Shown piece by piece: positions 29,428-51,904 of a DNA stretch of 64,000 bases. The number at the start of each line of letters is the position of its first letter. Position 1 is the stretch's first letter. The notes under the pieces were generated by a model, which was given only the letters and a program-made list of their open reading frames with translations, did no database searches and had not been told where the DNA came from. The DNA lies in NCBI RefSeq assembly GCF_009914755.1, contig NC_060932.1, one strand, 5' to 3'. This DNA comes from the human T2T-CHM13v2.0 reference genome, Homo sapiens. Made by a program: the position numbers and the translations under genes.

Positions 29428-31455
29428 ATGTTGCGAGCCACAGCTCCCTGCTGGTTCCCCCCTGGATACCCAGAAGCTAAGAAGGTGGCCGAGGAGGCGG
29501 CCCTGGAGGCAAGCCGCCATTTGGGAGGGGAGCAGAGCCAGGCCGGTGCTCCCGAAGGCAGCAAGATGTTGCGAGCCACAGCTCCCTGCTGGTTCCGCCC
29601 TGGATACCCAGAAGCTAAGAAGGTGGCCAAGGAGGCGGCCCCGGAGGCAAGCCGCCATTTGGGAGCGGAGCAGAGCCCGGCCGGTGCTCCCGAAGGCAGC
29701 AAGATGTTGCGAGCCACAGCTCCCTGCTGGTTCCCACCTGGATACCCAGAAGCTAAGAAGGTGGCCGAGGAGGCGGCCCTCGAGGCTCCAGAATTCCCAC
29801 TGCCCTCTCATCAGCCTGCCCAGAGCTTCGGGCTCTGGGTGCCCCAGATGCACAAGCAGGCCTCAGCATTTGTGGACATCCAGGCGGAGCCCCAGAACAG
29901 GGGTCCGGCGGTGCCCCCAGCGTGGCCCAAGATGGTGACGGAGTCGTGCTACTTCCCTGCGCAGAGGGGATCGGCCTGCCGCTTGCCAGCCGCCCCAAGG
30001 CTGACAGAGAGGCCCTCGGGAGTCCGCATCTCAGCCCCCAGGAAGAGGAAGACGATCGCCCACTCTTCCAGCCCTTGCTTGGTCACAGGTTACACAGATG
30101 CCAAGAGAACCCGGGTGGCCAGCAGCAGCCAACGCTCCCGTGGCTCCAAGGTCGGCAGACAGCCAGGGAAGACGCGCAACAGGTCAGGGATGGCATGCAA
30201 GACCACCGCCACCACCAGCTCTAAGCGAATCGTCCGTCGTGCATCCTTACCGAGTTTGAGTTTGAAGAAACCCATTATCCTCCGAAGCTCTGGGTGCCAA
30301 GTCCCCACCGTCCTCCGCCGAGGCTATCTCCAACTGTTCACCGAAGAGTGTCTCAAGTTCTGCGCCTCCAAGCAGGAGGCCGAGGAGAAGGCGCTGAACG
30401 AGGAGAAGGTGGCCTACGACTGCAGCCCCAACAAGAACAGGTACCTGAACGTGGTCCTGAACACCCTCAAGAGACTGAAGGGCCTGACCCCCAGCTCCAT
30501 GCCCGGCCTCAGCAGGGCCGCCCTGTACAGCCGCCTCCAGGAGTTCCTGCTCACCCAGGACCAGCTCAAGGAGAACGGCTACCCCTTCCCGCACCCCGAG
30601 CGGCCCGGAGGCGCCGTCCTCTTCACTGGCCAGGGGAAGGGGCCCGGCGACTCCTCCTGCAGGGTCTGCTGCCGTTGTGGCACCGAGTACCTGGTGTCCT
30701 CCTCGGGCCGCTGTGTACGCGACCAGTTGTGTTATTATCACTGGGGGCGGGTCCGCTCGAGCCAGGTGGCTGGAGGCCGGGTTAGCCAGTACACCTGCTG
30801 TGCAGCTGCTCCTGGCTCTGTGGGCTGCCAGGTGGCAAAGCAGCACGTGCGGGACGGCCGCAAGGAGAGCCTCGATGGCTTCGTGGAGACCTTCAAGAAA
30901 GAGTTGTCCAGAGACGCTTATCCAGGAATCTACGCCTTGGACTGTGAGATGTGCTACACCACGCATGGCCTAGAGCTGACCCGCGTCACCGTGGTGGACG
31001 CCGACATGCGAGTGGTGTACGACACCTTCGTCAAGCCCGACAACGAGATCGTGGACTACAACACCAGGTTTTCCGGAGTCACCGAGGCCGACGTCGCCAA
31101 GACGAGCATCACGTTGCCCCAAGTCCAAGCCATCCTGCTGAGCTTTTTCAGCGCCCAAACCATCCTCATCGGGCACAGCCTGGAGAGCGACCTGCTGGCC
31201 CTGAAGCTCATCCACAGCACCGTGGTGGACACGGCCGTGCTCTTCCCGCACTACCTGGGTTTCCCCTACAAGCGCTCCCTCAGGAATCTCGCGGCCGACT
31301 ACCTGGCACAGATCATCCAGGACAGCCAGGACGGCCACAACTCCAGCGAGGACGCAAACGCCTGCCTGCAGCTGGTGATGTGGAAGGTCCGACAGCGCGC
31401 CCAGATCCAGCCACGCCACCGGTCCGCCTCTCCCGCCGCCCTGGCCTGTCCTTAG
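29428..31455 (+). CDS. REXO1L1: REXO1-like retrogene (GOR), copy 3 (K68)
   Basis: Intact ORF; translation matches copy 2. Confidence 0.9.
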   Translation: MLRATAPCWFPPGYPEAKKVAEEAALEASRHLGGEQSQAGAPEGSKMLRATAPCWFRPGYPEAKKVAKEAAPEASRHLGAEQSPAGAPEGSKMLRATAPCWFPPGYPEAKKVAEEAALEAPEFPLPSHQPAQSFGLWVPQMHKQASAFVDIQAEPQNRGPAVPPAWPKMVTESCYFPAQRGSACRLPAAPRLTERPSGVRISAPRKRKTIAHSSSPCLVTGYTDAKRTRVASSSQRSRGSKVGRQPGKTRNRSGMACKTTATTSSKRIVRRASLPSLSLKKPIILRSSGCQVPTVLRRGYLQLFTEECLKFCASKQEAEEKALNEEKVAYDCSPNKNRYLNVVLNTLKRLKGLTPSSMPGLSRAALYSRLQEFLLTQDQLKENGYPFPHPERPGGAVLFTGQGKGPGDSSCRVCCRCGTEYLVSSSGRCVRDQLCYYHWGRVRSSQVAGGRVSQYTCCAAAPGSVGCQVAKQHVRDGRKESLDGFVETFKKELSRDAYPGIYALDCEMCYTTHGLELTRVTVVDADMRVVYDTFVKPDNEIVDYNTRFSGVTEADVAKTSITLPQVQAILLSFFSAQTILIGHSLESDLLALKLIHSTVVDTAVLFPHYLGFPYKRSLRNLAADYLAQIIQDSQDGHNSSEDANACLQLVMWKVRQRAQIQPRHRSASPAALACP

Positions 31456-32019
31456 CCCCAGGCCTCTTCCAAAACCGCCATCAGTCCCGAGAGCTCACCC
31501 TGCCCACCTCGCCGCAAAGCGAAAGAAACTGGAGCAGCCGGCGGCAGGAGAGGGCAAAAAGCCAAGAGTAACCCCAACCCCCCACTCCCGGTCCCCCGGA
31601 ATCCCTGCCGCGGCCCCTCGGGCCTGTCCACATCCCTCTGCCCCTCCCAGACCTCTGTCCTTCCACCAATCGCCTCCCGCAGCCCCGAGCCGCCACTCCC
31701 AGTCCCCCGAGTCCCTGCCGCGCGCCCTCGCGCCTGTCCACATCCCTCTGCCCATCCGAGACCTCTGTCCTTACACCACTAGCCACCCCACGTGGGACTT
31801 CCATGGCTTCTGAGTACAAGGCCAGCCCCCCGGCCCACCAGCTTTCGGAATGCCTGCTTACCTCTTTTTCTGTAGAGGCACCACAGGGAGGTGGGTGAAG
31901 AACTTCGGCTCTGGAGTTACAGATCTGGGTTCAAGGCCAAATTCCACCACTTACTAGGTTTGTAATATTGGACAGATAACGTCTTTGCGCTTCTACCTTT
32001 TGGTCTTTAAAGTGTGATC

Positions 32020-35691
<3,672 letters not shown>

Positions 35692-38600
35692 AAAGTGTGA
35701 TCCTAATGTCATGGTGCGGACTGAATGAAGCAGCACATGGCAAGCCTTAAAACGATCGCACATAGTAGGTGTTCAATTAATGTTAACTATATTTCTTTTG
35801 TATAATAGTTTATAAAGGGAATTCATGAACACTATGTGATTAATCCTTGGAACAACCCAACAGGTAGGTAAATAAAGCCTAATTTTATACCTAAAGAAAC
35901 CATGCGGCTTAACTTGCCCAAAATAATAATGATTGTAATGAGCACTGGCTGTTGGTTTCTTATGTACTTGGTACTTTGCACGTATTAACCCAGTCAGTCC
36001 TCCTAATAGTTGTGAGAGAGATAGCATTCTTATCCCCATTTTACAGATGAGGAACCTGAAGCCCAGGTGATAAGTAGTTTATCCAAGGTATCATAGCTAG
36101 AAGTCGGGTGCAGGCAGTCTGGCTCCAGAGCCCCTGCTCTGTCCGCTGACCTAGCTGACTTCCCAAGAGTCAAAGTGGATTCTTCCCCAAGACCAACCAA
36201 TTACAATGACTGAATCAGTCAGTCAACTTCGAACTGGGCTCCAAGAGAGAACGAACCATCATGCCTCTCTAAATCCTCATTTCTAGTTTGAATCTTCAAG
36301 GAGAGATAGACACTAAGTAGCTAGTTTTGCTGGAATGGCTGATTTTATCAATGTTTTCGGTGTGTGAGTGTGTGTGTGTGTATATGTATAGAACTAAATT
36401 AAACTGATAATTTGAATGCTTACACTTCCATTAGTTCAATTTGTGTATGTGAGCCCTCAAACACATACATACACACACACAAACTGTTCCAGAACAGTGA
36501 CTTAGTGAAAAACTGGATTTCCACTCTGTCAGACAAATTTCGGAAAGCACTGAAGTAGGGCATTTCTGATTGATTTTACCGTTCCCGGAATTTTATTTTC
36601 CTTTATCACTTAGACCCCTTCTGTGGGGATTTAATAAATAAACGTCTTTTGTAGTGTATGTTATTTCATTTTATTTTTATAATTTATATGAATTTTAATT
36701 TTAACTTGACAAATAAAAATTATATATATTTATGGCATACAACATGATGTTTCATACGTGTATACATTGTGGAATGACAAAATCAAGCTAATTAACACAC
36801 TCGTTTCCTCACATACTGATTTTAATGTGATGAGGACATGTCTAAATTCTACTCTTATAGCAATTTTCAAGTATACAATACATAGTTATACACTGTAGAT
36901 GCCAGGCTGTTCAATAGATCTCTAGAACCATTCCTCTCTGAAATTTTGTATCATGAGACTATCATCTCTCCAGTCCCTCCCTGACCCCTGCCTCGGGTAA
37001 CCACCGTTCTGCTCTCTACAGCTATGAGTTGCATTGTTTGAGATTGCACATATAAGTGAGATCATGCAGTATTTGTCTTTTTGTGCTTGCTTTTTAAATT
37101 TTATTATGTAATTATTTATTTTTTGAGACAGGGTCTCAGTCTGTCACCCAGGCTGGAGTACAGTGACACAAACACGGCTCACTCACCCACCACGGCCTCC
37201 ACCTCCCGGGGTCGAGAGTTCCTCCCGCTTCAGCCTCCTGAATAGCTAGGACTACAGGCGTCCAACGCCACACTTGGCTAATTTTTGTGTTTCTTTTAGA
37301 GATGGGGTTTCACCATGTTGCCCAGGTTCATCTCCAACTCCTGGGCTCAACGCTTCCACCTGCCTTGGCCTCCCAAAGTACTGGGATTACAGGCATGAGC
37401 CACCGTGCCTGGCCTTTGCTTTCTTTCACTCAGTGTACCATCCTCTAGGCTCATTCGTGTTGCCAATGAGATGATTTCTTTCTTTTTTAAGGCTGAATTG
37501 TGTTCTATTGGGAATATGTACCGCTTTTCTTTTTATGTTTAATTTTTTTTGGTTTTTTGAGACAGAGTTTCGCTCGCGTCGCCCAGGCTGGAGTGCAGTG
37601 GCGTGATTTCGAGTCACTACAACCTCTGCCTCCCAGGTTGAAGTGATTCTCCTGCCTCACCTGAGATTAGAGGCATGTACCGGCATGTCCGGCTAATTTT
37701 GTGTTTCTAGTAGAGATGGGGTTTCACCATGTTGGCCAGGCTGGTCTTGAACTCCAACAATTCTAATTCAACTAATTTATTTTATAGAAATATTTATGTG
37801 TGAGAAACAATATTTTCAAGAGTCAAAGATTTAAAACTGCTTAATTGTACATCACTAAGTGGCTGGCTAATAAATTATAGTACGTTCATCCTTACGGAAG
37901 AATACTTTGCAGCTAAAACAGAACGAAAGAGAGGAAACTCTTCAAAATGTTAACTGGGAATGACGTTCAAGACTTATTGTTAAATAAAACAAATTGAGAA
38001 GAAGAGTCGTTTATTGGTACTAAATTTGTGTCAGTAAAAATGGATTCTATACGTGGGATGGTTTCTAAGTATGTGGAAAAATTCTTTGATGGTTTTTCCT
38101 TGAAAAAGTGAAACCTAAATCCACTCCGTTTGGATGTGGGCCTATTTACGGTTGTTGCTTCCTAAACATAAACTACGTTTAGGCTGATATTTCAGACAAT
38201 GAAACCTTTGAGTGCCCGTAGCGGGAAGATCTCGGTTGCTGAGTGCAGGGAAGGAGGATGTAATTCCATCATATATACTCTCTGTGCCTACCGCATTTGG
38301 AACCATGCGAGTGATACGTATTTATAAAATAACATAAACCAAGCACAAGTACGAACTTAGCAACACTATATTGAGTTAATAGAACGGTATCTTGTATTTC
38401 TTCTGTCCAGGTATACTTATAAATGCCTGCAGGGATTTCACCACCTCAGGGTGGAGAGACTGAATGCTTGTGAGGGAATTAGGATGGTGGAATATTGGTG
38501 TTACCAGGGAAGGGGGCGGGATGTTTGAAAATGCTATGTTTACTCGTTCTTGGGTTCCAATAAAGGAGAAACAGGGCACAGGAGTCGGAAGGACTAGTGG

Positions 38601-39712
38601 CAATAGTGATGAAAGGACCTCCTTATCATGCTGGCTATGTTAATTACCCAGCTGTAGGAAGCCATACACTGAGGCGGAAGATCGCAAGTCAGAGTGGCCG
38701 GCAGGCACAACCTCCTGGCACACCAGAGGCAGGTCTTCAATACCCACTGGTTTCCCCAACAGGCTGCGTAAGGGACCCTGAGCCACAGTGAGTTGGTCAA
38801 ATGCTCCTGACAGTGTGGAGAAACCAACAGGCAAAACGTGGGTGCAAAAGTGATGAGACCCCACACTTTACACTCGTGGTGACAATGAAGCTATTAAGTA
38901 ACAGCTTCTCAACCTATGCTGTTTCCTGTTGGATGCACATAATCCATTTGCACTGCAGACAATTTTAGGATGTGGTTTACAGTAAGGTGGATGGTACCTT
39001 ATGGCAAAAATCTCTCAGAAATTTATGTGTGGTTTTAAAGTCATTCCAGTCCTAGCACGTTGTGCTTTTCAGAGACGCCATAGCTGTTTTTCCCTTTGTA
39101 ATATCAAAGCAGTAATATGTTCTCTGGAGGCCTGTTGGGTGAATTTAATGGAATCAAGTTAAGTAGGTGCCAGAACCATTGCTGTTTTCCCTCCATAGCC
39201 CTGCCACCCACTGTAAAAAGGTTGATGAGATTACTTAATGATTTCCAATTAAGTTGTATTTCCAAATATCATGATTTCCATTTTAATGTAGTTGGTATGG
39301 AGCTCTGTGAGTGTGTGCTTCTTTTATTATGGATCACGTTCAGCTTCTTTTTATTTGCCTCCTAGTCATAATAGTAAAACTCTACTCCTCTACTCCGAGG
39401 AGTCCCTACCACCCATCTCATCACTTTCCAGCCCAGCACTCTTCATGCTCATTCATTTAAAGCATTCAACATTGTGTAAATGAATCTTGGAAGGCAAAAG
39501 CTACTGAATTTAGCGAATTTGTGGAGGCATTGCCACAAATCAGCCAGGTGAAGTTTCACACAATCGAAGACTGCACAACTCCTAGAAGGCAGCACTATGC
39601 TGCAAACCCAGACGGCCACTCTTCTCACCCCTCGTCCGTTTGCTGTTCTGGATAATGAGGTTCAAAAGTCACCTAGGCAACTGCCAAAATAGCTGAAATG
39701 GAGAAAGGGCTT

Positions 39713-40195
39713 CAGGCTGGTGACTAGCAGAGGTCCACCTGACCCCCGTAAGCTGCTGAACAAGTAGGGCTGCCAGAAATGTCCCACTAGGGAATTTGGT
39801 AGAGACGAAGACATGCTCACCGGACAAGGGTTCCTCCCAGGATACGCCCGAGCGGAAGAAGCGGGCTCTGAGCCACGCCCTTTCACCCTCCTCTACCCCG
39901 CCCTGGGCTGGTGAAGGTGCGCGCCAGGATGTGGACTACTGAGCCCTGAAGAAATAAGTCCTTCCACTTTGACCCCATGGAGGATTGCCTGTGAGGAACT
40001 TAAACGAGTCTACCAGTGTCTAGACACGGGGGCAGGTCTGTCCGGCACAGCAGCTCCCTCAAGGAGGAGAAGAGTGAGGAGAAAGGAAACTCAAGTCTCA
40101 CCATTCTGTCCTGGGAGAGAAGAGGAGGATCTCATCTCTCATCTGTCCAAACAAGGCAAGGAGACTTTCTCTCATCTTTCCAAGCAAGGCAAGGA
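39713..40195 (+). pseudogene. Decayed upstream REXO1 retrocopy fragment, copy 4
   Basis: Same sequence (+36573). Confidence 0.83.
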
Positions 40196-40197
40196 GA

Positions 40198-41083
40198 CTT
40201 TTTATCATTAGGAAACAAAAAGAATTTAGAAGGAATGAAAGCAGCCCGTAAGGTGAATTCCTAAGGACTGCCCATTGAAACTGACAAAATTGCCCTTGTT
40301 TGATGAGAGGAATGAGCAGAGCATTGATGTGGTGAACAAGGATCTAGTGAGACTTTCCCAGCATGTTTCTACCAAAGCTTTATCTAAGCTTCTCAGAACA
40401 CTCTCCTAATAAGCAGATGTTTGGCCTTTCAGAAAGTCAACAAGCAAAATGCCTTGAGTGTCCCAAAACACTGATGCCATGATGTGGGCTCCTGACTGGC
40501 CTCCTTTTCCTTTGACTGGACCACTGCCACCTCTTGGTAGCCATCGCTTTCATGATGCTTTGCCTTCGAGATCATATTGGTGAAGCCATGTTCCAACTTC
40601 CGCTTACAATTTGTCAGAGGGATGCGTCAGGATCGTGATCCCTCCTGTTTAAAATTTCCACTGATAGCTCTCGTCGTAACTGCAGCTGATCTGGGCACAG
40701 TGGTTTTCACAGCCACTGAAGGATTCATCTTCCACATCTTCTCACCTCTTCTTGAAACAAGCTATACATTCGTAAAGAGTTCATTTCTTTGGGGTAGTGT
40801 CCTTACAAGCTTTTCTTAAAACGTCAATGATTTCTTCAATCTTCCACCCAAGCTTCACCATAAATTTGATGTTTCCTCTTGCTGCAATTTTCGTGGAATT
40901 CATGTTGCTCTGACGGGAGTCCTTTTCAGTGGATGTCTCATCCTTCTTAGTGCCTCAAACTAGATCTAGTTCAGAAAGGTTATCAGAAGTTAGGACAAGT
41001 TTATTTTAGTGCAAACCAGTGGAAATCCATGCATAGTTTCTTCACCATGTGCATTTTCTATGAACCTTTGGAAGACCACCTGT
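40198..41083 (-). mobile_element. HSMAR2 remnant, copy 4
   Basis: Same as copy 1 (+36573). Confidence 0.83.
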
Positions 41084-41620
41084 GTTGAACATTGCCCAAG
41101 TCCTGGGAGAGAAGTGGGTGCGGTCCGCTTCCTGTCCTCAATTTGCCCGCAGCGGCGGAGTGCACAGAGCAGGGAAAGGCAGCCCCAGAGGGATCCCGCC
41201 CTCCAGCATGCAGCAGACTGCTGGCCCAGTCCTGGCTCCAAGGGGTGCTGTGTGGGCCCAAGCAAGTTGACCAACCTCCCTGAACCTTAATTTAATCCTA
41301 GGTAGCCCAATTCCAGTAGCCATTATAGGACTGCCCTGCAGGGACAGTTACTTAACTCAGGAAAAGCAACCTAGCTCCAAGTTTAGCAACCGGGAGTTCC
41401 AGTTGATTCCATTAGCGCACCCCCTGAGGCATTCCCAAGCTGGAGTCTGGTGGAAGATGAGGCTCAGTGTGATTGGACTGAAGCACCAACCTATCAAGGA
41501 GAAGTCCCACCCAGTCTGCCCTGTGCCTATATAAAGGCGACAAGTGGCGGCCGCAGCACTCATTGAAGCCGCCAGTTGGGAGAGGAGCAGAGCCAGGCCG
41601 GTGCTCCCGAAGGCAGCAAG

Positions 41621-43648
41621 ATGTTGCGAGCCACAGCTCCCTGCTGGTTCCCCCCTGGATACCCAGAAGCTAAGAAGGTGGCCGAGGAGGCGGCCCTGGA
41701 GGCAAGCCGCCATTTGGGAGGGGAGCAGAGCCAGGCCGGTGCTCCCGAAGGCAGCAAGATGTTGCGAGCCACAGCTCCCTGCTGGTTCCGCCCTGGATAC
41801 CCAGAAGCTAAGAAGGTGGCCAAGGAGGCGGCCCCGGAGGCAAGCCGCCATTTGGGAGCGGAGCAGAGCCCGGCCGGTGCTCCCGAAGGCAGCAAGATGT
41901 TGCGAGCCACAGCTCCCTGCTGGTTCCCACCTGGATACCCAGAAGCTAAGAAGGTGGCCGAGGAGGCGGCCCTCGAGGCTCCAGAATTCCCACTGCCCTC
42001 TCATCAGCCTGCCCAGAGCTTCGGGCTCTGGGTGCCCCAGATGCACAAGCAGGCCTCAGCATTTGTGGACATCCAGGCGGAGCCCCAGAACAGGGGTCCG
42101 GCGGTGCCCCCAGCGTGGCCCAAGATGGTGACGGAGTCGTGCTACTTCCCTGCGCAGAGGGGATCGGCCTGCCGCTTGCCAGCCGCCCCAAGGCTGACAG
42201 AGAGGCCCTCGGGAGTCCGCATCTCAGCCCCCAGGAAGAGGAAGACGATCGCCCACTCTTCCAGCCCTTGCTTGGTCACAGGTTACACAGATGCCAAGAG
42301 AACCCGGGTGGCCAGCAGCAGCCAACGCTCCCGTGGCTCCAAGGTCGGCAGACAGCCAGGGAAGACGCGCAACAGGTCAGGGATGGCATGCAAGACCACC
42401 GCCACCACCAGCTCTAAGCGAATCGTCCGTCGTGCATCCTTACCGAGTTTGAGTTTGAAGAAACCCATTATCCTCCGAAGCTCTGGGTGCCAAGTCCCCA
42501 CCGTCCTCCGCCGAGGCTATCTCCAACTGTTCACCGAAGAGTGTCTCAAGTTCTGCGCCTCCAAGCAGGAGGCCGAGGAGAAGGCGCTGAACGAGGAGAA
42601 GGTGGCCTACGACTGCAGCCCCAACAAGAACAGGTACCTGAACGTGGTCCTGAACACCCTCAAGAGACTGAAGGGCCTGACCCCCAGCTCCATGCCCGGC
42701 CTCAGCAGGGCCGCCCTGTACAGCCGCCTCCAGGAGTTCCTGCTCACCCAGGACCAGCTCAAGGAGAACGGCTACCCCTTCCCGCACCCCGAGCGGCCCG
42801 GAGGCGCCGTCCTCTTCACTGGCCAGGGGAAGGGGCCCGGCGACTCCTCCTGCAGGGTCTGCTGCCGTTGTGGCACCGAGTACCTGGTGTCCTCCTCGGG
42901 CCGCTGTGTACGCGACCAGTTGTGTTATTATCACTGGGGGCGGGTCCGCTCGAGCCAGGTGGCTGGAGGCCGGGTTAGCCAGTACACCTGCTGTGCAGCT
43001 GCTCCTGGCTCTGTGGGCTGCCAGGTGGCAAAGCAGCACGTGCGGGACGGCCGCAAGGAGAGCCTCGATGGCTTCGTGGAGACCTTCAAGAAAGAGTTGT
43101 CCAGAGACGCTTATCCAGGAATCTACGCCTTGGACTGTGAGATGTGCTACACCACGCATGGCCTAGAGCTGACCCGCGTCACCGTGGTGGACGCCGACAT
43201 GCGAGTGGTGTACGACACCTTCGTCAAGCCCGACAACGAGATCGTGGACTACAACACCAGGTTTTCCGGAGTCACCGAGGCCGACGTCGCCAAGACGAGC
43301 ATCACGTTGCCCCAAGTCCAAGCCATCCTGCTGAGCTTTTTCAGCGCCCAAACCATCCTCATCGGGCACAGCCTGGAGAGCGACCTGCTGGCCCTGAAGC
43401 TCATCCACAGCACCGTGGTGGACACGGCCGTGCTCTTCCCGCACTACCTGGGTTTCCCCTACAAGCGCTCCCTCAGGAATCTCGCGGCCGACTACCTGGC
43501 ACAGATCATCCAGGACAGCCAGGACGGCCACAACTCCAGCGAGGACGCAAACGCCTGCCTGCAGCTGGTGATGTGGAAGGTCCGACAGCGCGCCCAGATC
43601 CAGCCACGCCACCGGTCCGCCTCTCCCGCCGCCCTGGCCTGTCCTTAG
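41621..43648 (+). CDS. REXO1L1: REXO1-like retrogene (GOR), copy 4 (K68)
   Basis: Intact ORF; translation matches copy 2. Confidence 0.9.
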   Translation: MLRATAPCWFPPGYPEAKKVAEEAALEASRHLGGEQSQAGAPEGSKMLRATAPCWFRPGYPEAKKVAKEAAPEASRHLGAEQSPAGAPEGSKMLRATAPCWFPPGYPEAKKVAEEAALEAPEFPLPSHQPAQSFGLWVPQMHKQASAFVDIQAEPQNRGPAVPPAWPKMVTESCYFPAQRGSACRLPAAPRLTERPSGVRISAPRKRKTIAHSSSPCLVTGYTDAKRTRVASSSQRSRGSKVGRQPGKTRNRSGMACKTTATTSSKRIVRRASLPSLSLKKPIILRSSGCQVPTVLRRGYLQLFTEECLKFCASKQEAEEKALNEEKVAYDCSPNKNRYLNVVLNTLKRLKGLTPSSMPGLSRAALYSRLQEFLLTQDQLKENGYPFPHPERPGGAVLFTGQGKGPGDSSCRVCCRCGTEYLVSSSGRCVRDQLCYYHWGRVRSSQVAGGRVSQYTCCAAAPGSVGCQVAKQHVRDGRKESLDGFVETFKKELSRDAYPGIYALDCEMCYTTHGLELTRVTVVDADMRVVYDTFVKPDNEIVDYNTRFSGVTEADVAKTSITLPQVQAILLSFFSAQTILIGHSLESDLLALKLIHSTVVDTAVLFPHYLGFPYKRSLRNLAADYLAQIIQDSQDGHNSSEDANACLQLVMWKVRQRAQIQPRHRSASPAALACP

Positions 43649-44212
43649 CCCCAGGCCTCTTCCAAAACCGCCATCAGTCCCGAGAGCTCACCCTGCCCAC
43701 CTCGCCGCAAAGCGAAAGAAACTGGAGCAGCCGGCGGCAGGAGAGGGCAAAAAGCCAAGAGTAACCCCAACCCCCCACTCCCGGTCCCCCGGAATCCCTG
43801 CCGCGGCCCCTCGGGCCTGTCCACATCCCTCTGCCCCTCCCAGACCTCTGTCCTTCCACCAATCGCCTCCCGCAGCCCCGAGCCGCCACTCCCAGTCCCC
43901 CGAGTCCCTGCCGCGCGCCCTCGCGCCTGTCCACATCCCTCTGCCCATCCGAGACCTCTGTCCTTACACCACTAGCCACCCCACGTGGGACTTCCATGGC
44001 TTCTGAGTACAAGGCCAGCCCCCCGGCCCACCAGCTTTCGGAATGCCTGCTTACCTCTTTTTCTGTAGAGGCACCACAGGGAGGTGGGTGAAGCACTTCG
44101 GCTCTGGAGTTACAGATCTGGGTTCAAGGCCAAATTCCACCACTTACTAGGTTTGTAATATTGGACAGATAACGTCTTTGCGCTTCTACCTTTTGGTCTT
44201 TAAAGTGTGATC

Positions 44213-47884
<3,672 letters not shown>

Positions 47885-50800
47885 AAAGTGTGATCCTAAT
47901 GTCATGGTGCGGACTGAATGAAGCAGCACATGGCAAGCCTTAAAACGATCGCACATAGTAGGTGTTCAATTAATGTTAACTATATTTCTTTTCTATAATA
48001 GTTTATAAAGGGAATTCATGAACACTATGTGATTAATCCTTGGAACAACCCAACAGGTAGGTAAATAAAGCCTAATTTTATACCTAAAGAAACCATGCGG
48101 CTTAACTTGCCCAAAATAATAATGATTGTAATGAGCACTGGCTGTTGGTTTCTTATGTACTTGGTACTTTGCACGTATTAACCCAGTCAGTCCTCCTAAT
48201 AGTTGTGAGAGAGATAGCATTCTTATCCCCATTTTACAGATGAGGAACCTGAAGCCCAGGTGATAAGTAGTTTATCCAAGGTATCATAGCTAGAAGTCGG
48301 GTGCAGGCAGTCTGGCTCCAGAGCCCCTGCTCTGTCCGCTGACCTAGCTGACTTCCCAAGAGTCAAAGTGGATTCTTCCCCAAGACCAACCAATTACAAT
48401 GACTGAATCAGTCAGTCAACTTCGAACTGGGCTCCAAGAGAGAACGAACCATCATGCCTCTCTAAATCCTCATTTCTAGTTTGAATCTTCAAGGAGAGAT
48501 AGACACTAAGTAGCTAGTTTTGCTGGAATGGCTGATTTTATCAATGTTTTCGGTGTGTGAGTGTGTGTGTGTGTATATGTATAGAACTAAATTAAACTGA
48601 TAATTTGAATGCTTACACTTCCATTAGTTCAATTTGTGTATGTGAGCCCTCACACACATACATACACACACACAAACTGTTCCAGAACAGTGACTTAGTG
48701 AAAAACTGGATTTCCACTCTGTCAGACAAATTTCGGAAAGCACTGAAGTAGGGCATTTCTGATTGATTTTACCGTTCCCGGAATTTTATTTTCCTTTATC
48801 ACTTAGACCCCTTCTGTGGGGATTTAATAAATAAACGTCTTTTGTAGTGTATGTTATTTCATTTTATTTTTATAATTTATATGAATTTTAATTTTAACTT
48901 GACAAATAAAAATTATATATATTTATGGCATACAACATGATGTTTCATACGTGTATACATTGTGGAATGACAAAATCAAGCTAATTAACACACTCGTTTC
49001 CTCACATACTGATTTTAATGTGATGAGGACATGTCTAAATTCTACTCTTATAGCAATTTTCAAGTATACAATACATAGTTATACACTGTAGATGCCAGGC
49101 TGTTCAATAGATCTCTAGAACCATTCCTCTCTGAAATTTTGTATCATGAGACTATCATCTCTCCAGTCCCTCCCTGACCCCTGCCTCGGGTAACCACCGT
49201 TCTGCTCTCTACAGCTATGAGTTGCATTGTTTGAGATTGCACATATAAGTGAGATCATGCAGTATTTGTCTTTTTGTGCTTGCTTTTTAAATTTTATTAT
49301 GTAATTATTTATTTTTTGAGACAGGGTCTCAGTCTGTCACCCAGGCTGGAGTACAGTGACACAAACACGGCTCACTCACCCACCACGGCCTCCACCTCCC
49401 GGGGTCGAGAGTTCCTCCCGCTTCAGCCTCCTGAATAGCTAGGACTACAGGCGTCCAACGCCACACTTGGCTAATTTTTGTGTTTCTTTTAGAGATGGGG
49501 TTTCACCATGTTGCCCAGGTTCATCTCCAACTCCTGGGCTCAACGCTTCCACCTGCCTTGGCCTCCCAAAGTACTGGGATTACAGGCATGAGCCACCGTG
49601 CCTGGCCTTTGCTTTCTTTCACTCAGTGTACCATCCTCTAGGCTCATTCGTGTTGCCAATGAGATGATTTCTTTCTTTTTTAAGGCTGAATTGTGTTCTA
49701 TTGGGAATATGTACCGCTTTTCTTTTTATGTTTAATTTTTTTTGGTTTTTTGAGACAGAGTTTCGCTCGCGTCGCCCAGGCTGGAGTGCAGTGGCGTGAT
49801 TTCGAGTCACTACAGCCTCTGCCTCCCAGGTTGAAGTGATTCTCCTGCCTCACCTGAGATTAGAGGCATGTACCGGCATGTCCGGCTAATTTTGTGTTTC
49901 TAGTAGAGATGGGGTTTCACCATGTTGGCCAGGCTGGTCTTGAACTCCAACAATTCTAATTCAACTAATTTATTTTATACAAATATTTATGTGTGAGAAA
50001 CAATATTTTCAAGAGTCAAAGATTTAAAACTGCTTAATTGTACATCACTAAGTGGCTGGCTAATAAATTATAGTACGTTCATCCTTACGGAAGAATACTT
50101 TGCAGCTAAAACAGAACGAAAGAGAGGAAACTCTTCAAAATGTTAACTGGGAATGACGTTCAAGACTTATTGTTAAATAAAACAAATTGAGAAGAAGAGT
50201 CGTTTATTGGTACTAAATTTGTGTCAGTAAAAATGGATTCTATACGTGGGATGGTTTATAAGTATGTGGAAAATTCTTTGATGGTTTTTCCTTGAAAAAG
50301 TGAAACCTAAATCCACTCCGTTTGGATGTGGGCCTATTTACGGTTGTTGCTTCCTAAACATAAACTACGTTTAGGCTGATATTTCAGACAATGAAACCTT
50401 TGAGTGCCCGTAGCGGGAAGATCTCGGTTGCTGAGTGCAGGGAAGGAGGATGTAATTCCATCATATATACTCTCTGTGCCTACCGCATTTGGAACCATGC
50501 GAGTGATACGTATTTATAAAATAACATAAACCAAGCACAAGTACGAACTTAGCAACACTATATTGAGTTAATAGAACGGTATCTTGTATTTCTTCTGTCC
50601 AGGTATACTTATAAATGCCTGCAGGGATTTCACCACCTCAGGGTGGAGAGACTCAATGCTTGTGAGGGAATTAGGATGGTGGAATATTGGTGTTACCAGG
50701 GAAGGGGGCGGGATGTTTGAAAATGCTATGTTTACTCGTTCTTGGGTTCCAATAAAGGAGAAACAGGGCACAGGAGTCGGAAGGACTAGTGGCAATAGTG

Positions 50801-51904
50801 ATGAAAGGACCTCCTTATCATGCTGGCTATGTTAATTACCCAGCTGTAGGAAGCCATACACTGAGGCGGAAGATCGCAAGTCAGAGTGGCCGGCAGGCAC
50901 AACCTCCTGGCACACCAGAGGCAGGTCTTCAATACCCACTGGTTTCCCCAACAGGCTGCGTAAGGGACCCTGAGCCACAGTGAGTTGGTCAAATGCTCCT
51001 GACAGTGTGGAGAAACCAACAGGCAAAACGTGGGTGCAAAAGTGATGAGACCCCACACTTTACACTCGTGGTGACAATGAAGCTATTAAGTAACAGCTTC
51101 TCAACCTATGCTGTTTCCTGTTGGATGCACATAATCCATTTGCACTGCAGACAATTTTAGGATGTGGTTTACAGTAAGGTGGATGGTACCTTATGGCAAA
51201 AATCTCTCAGAAATTTATGTGTGGTTTTAAAGTCATTCCAGTCCTAGCACGTTGTGCTTTTCAGAGACGCCATAGCTGTTTTTCCCTTTGTAATATCAAA
51301 GCAGTAATATGTTCTCTGGAGGCCTGTTGGGTGAATTTAATGGAATCAAGTTAAGTAGGTGCCAGAACCATTGCTGTTTTCCCTCCATAGCCCTGCCACC
51401 CACTGTAAAAAGGTTGATGAGATTACTTAATGATTTCCAATTAAGTTGTATTTCCAAATATCATGATTTCCATTTTAATGTAGTTGGTATGGAGCTCTGT
51501 GAGTGTGTGCTTCTTTTATTATGGATCACGTTCAGCTTCTTTTTATTTGCCTCCTAGTCATAATAGTAAAACTCTACTCCTCTACTCCGAGGAGTCCCTA
51601 CCACCCATCTCATCACTTTCCAGCCCAGCACTCTTCATGCTCATTCATTTAAAGCATTCAACATTGTGTAAATGAATCTTGGAAGGCAAAAGCTACTGAA
51701 TTTAGCGAATTTGTGGAGGCATTGCCACAAATCAGCCAGGTGAAGTTTCACACAATCGAAGACTGCACAACTCCTAGAAGGCAGCACTATGCTGCAAACC
51801 CAGACGGCCACTCTTCTCACCCCTCGTCCGTTTGCTGTTCTGGATAATGAGGTTCAAAAGTCACCTAGGCAACTGCCAAAATAGCTGAAATGGAGAAAGG
51901 GCTT

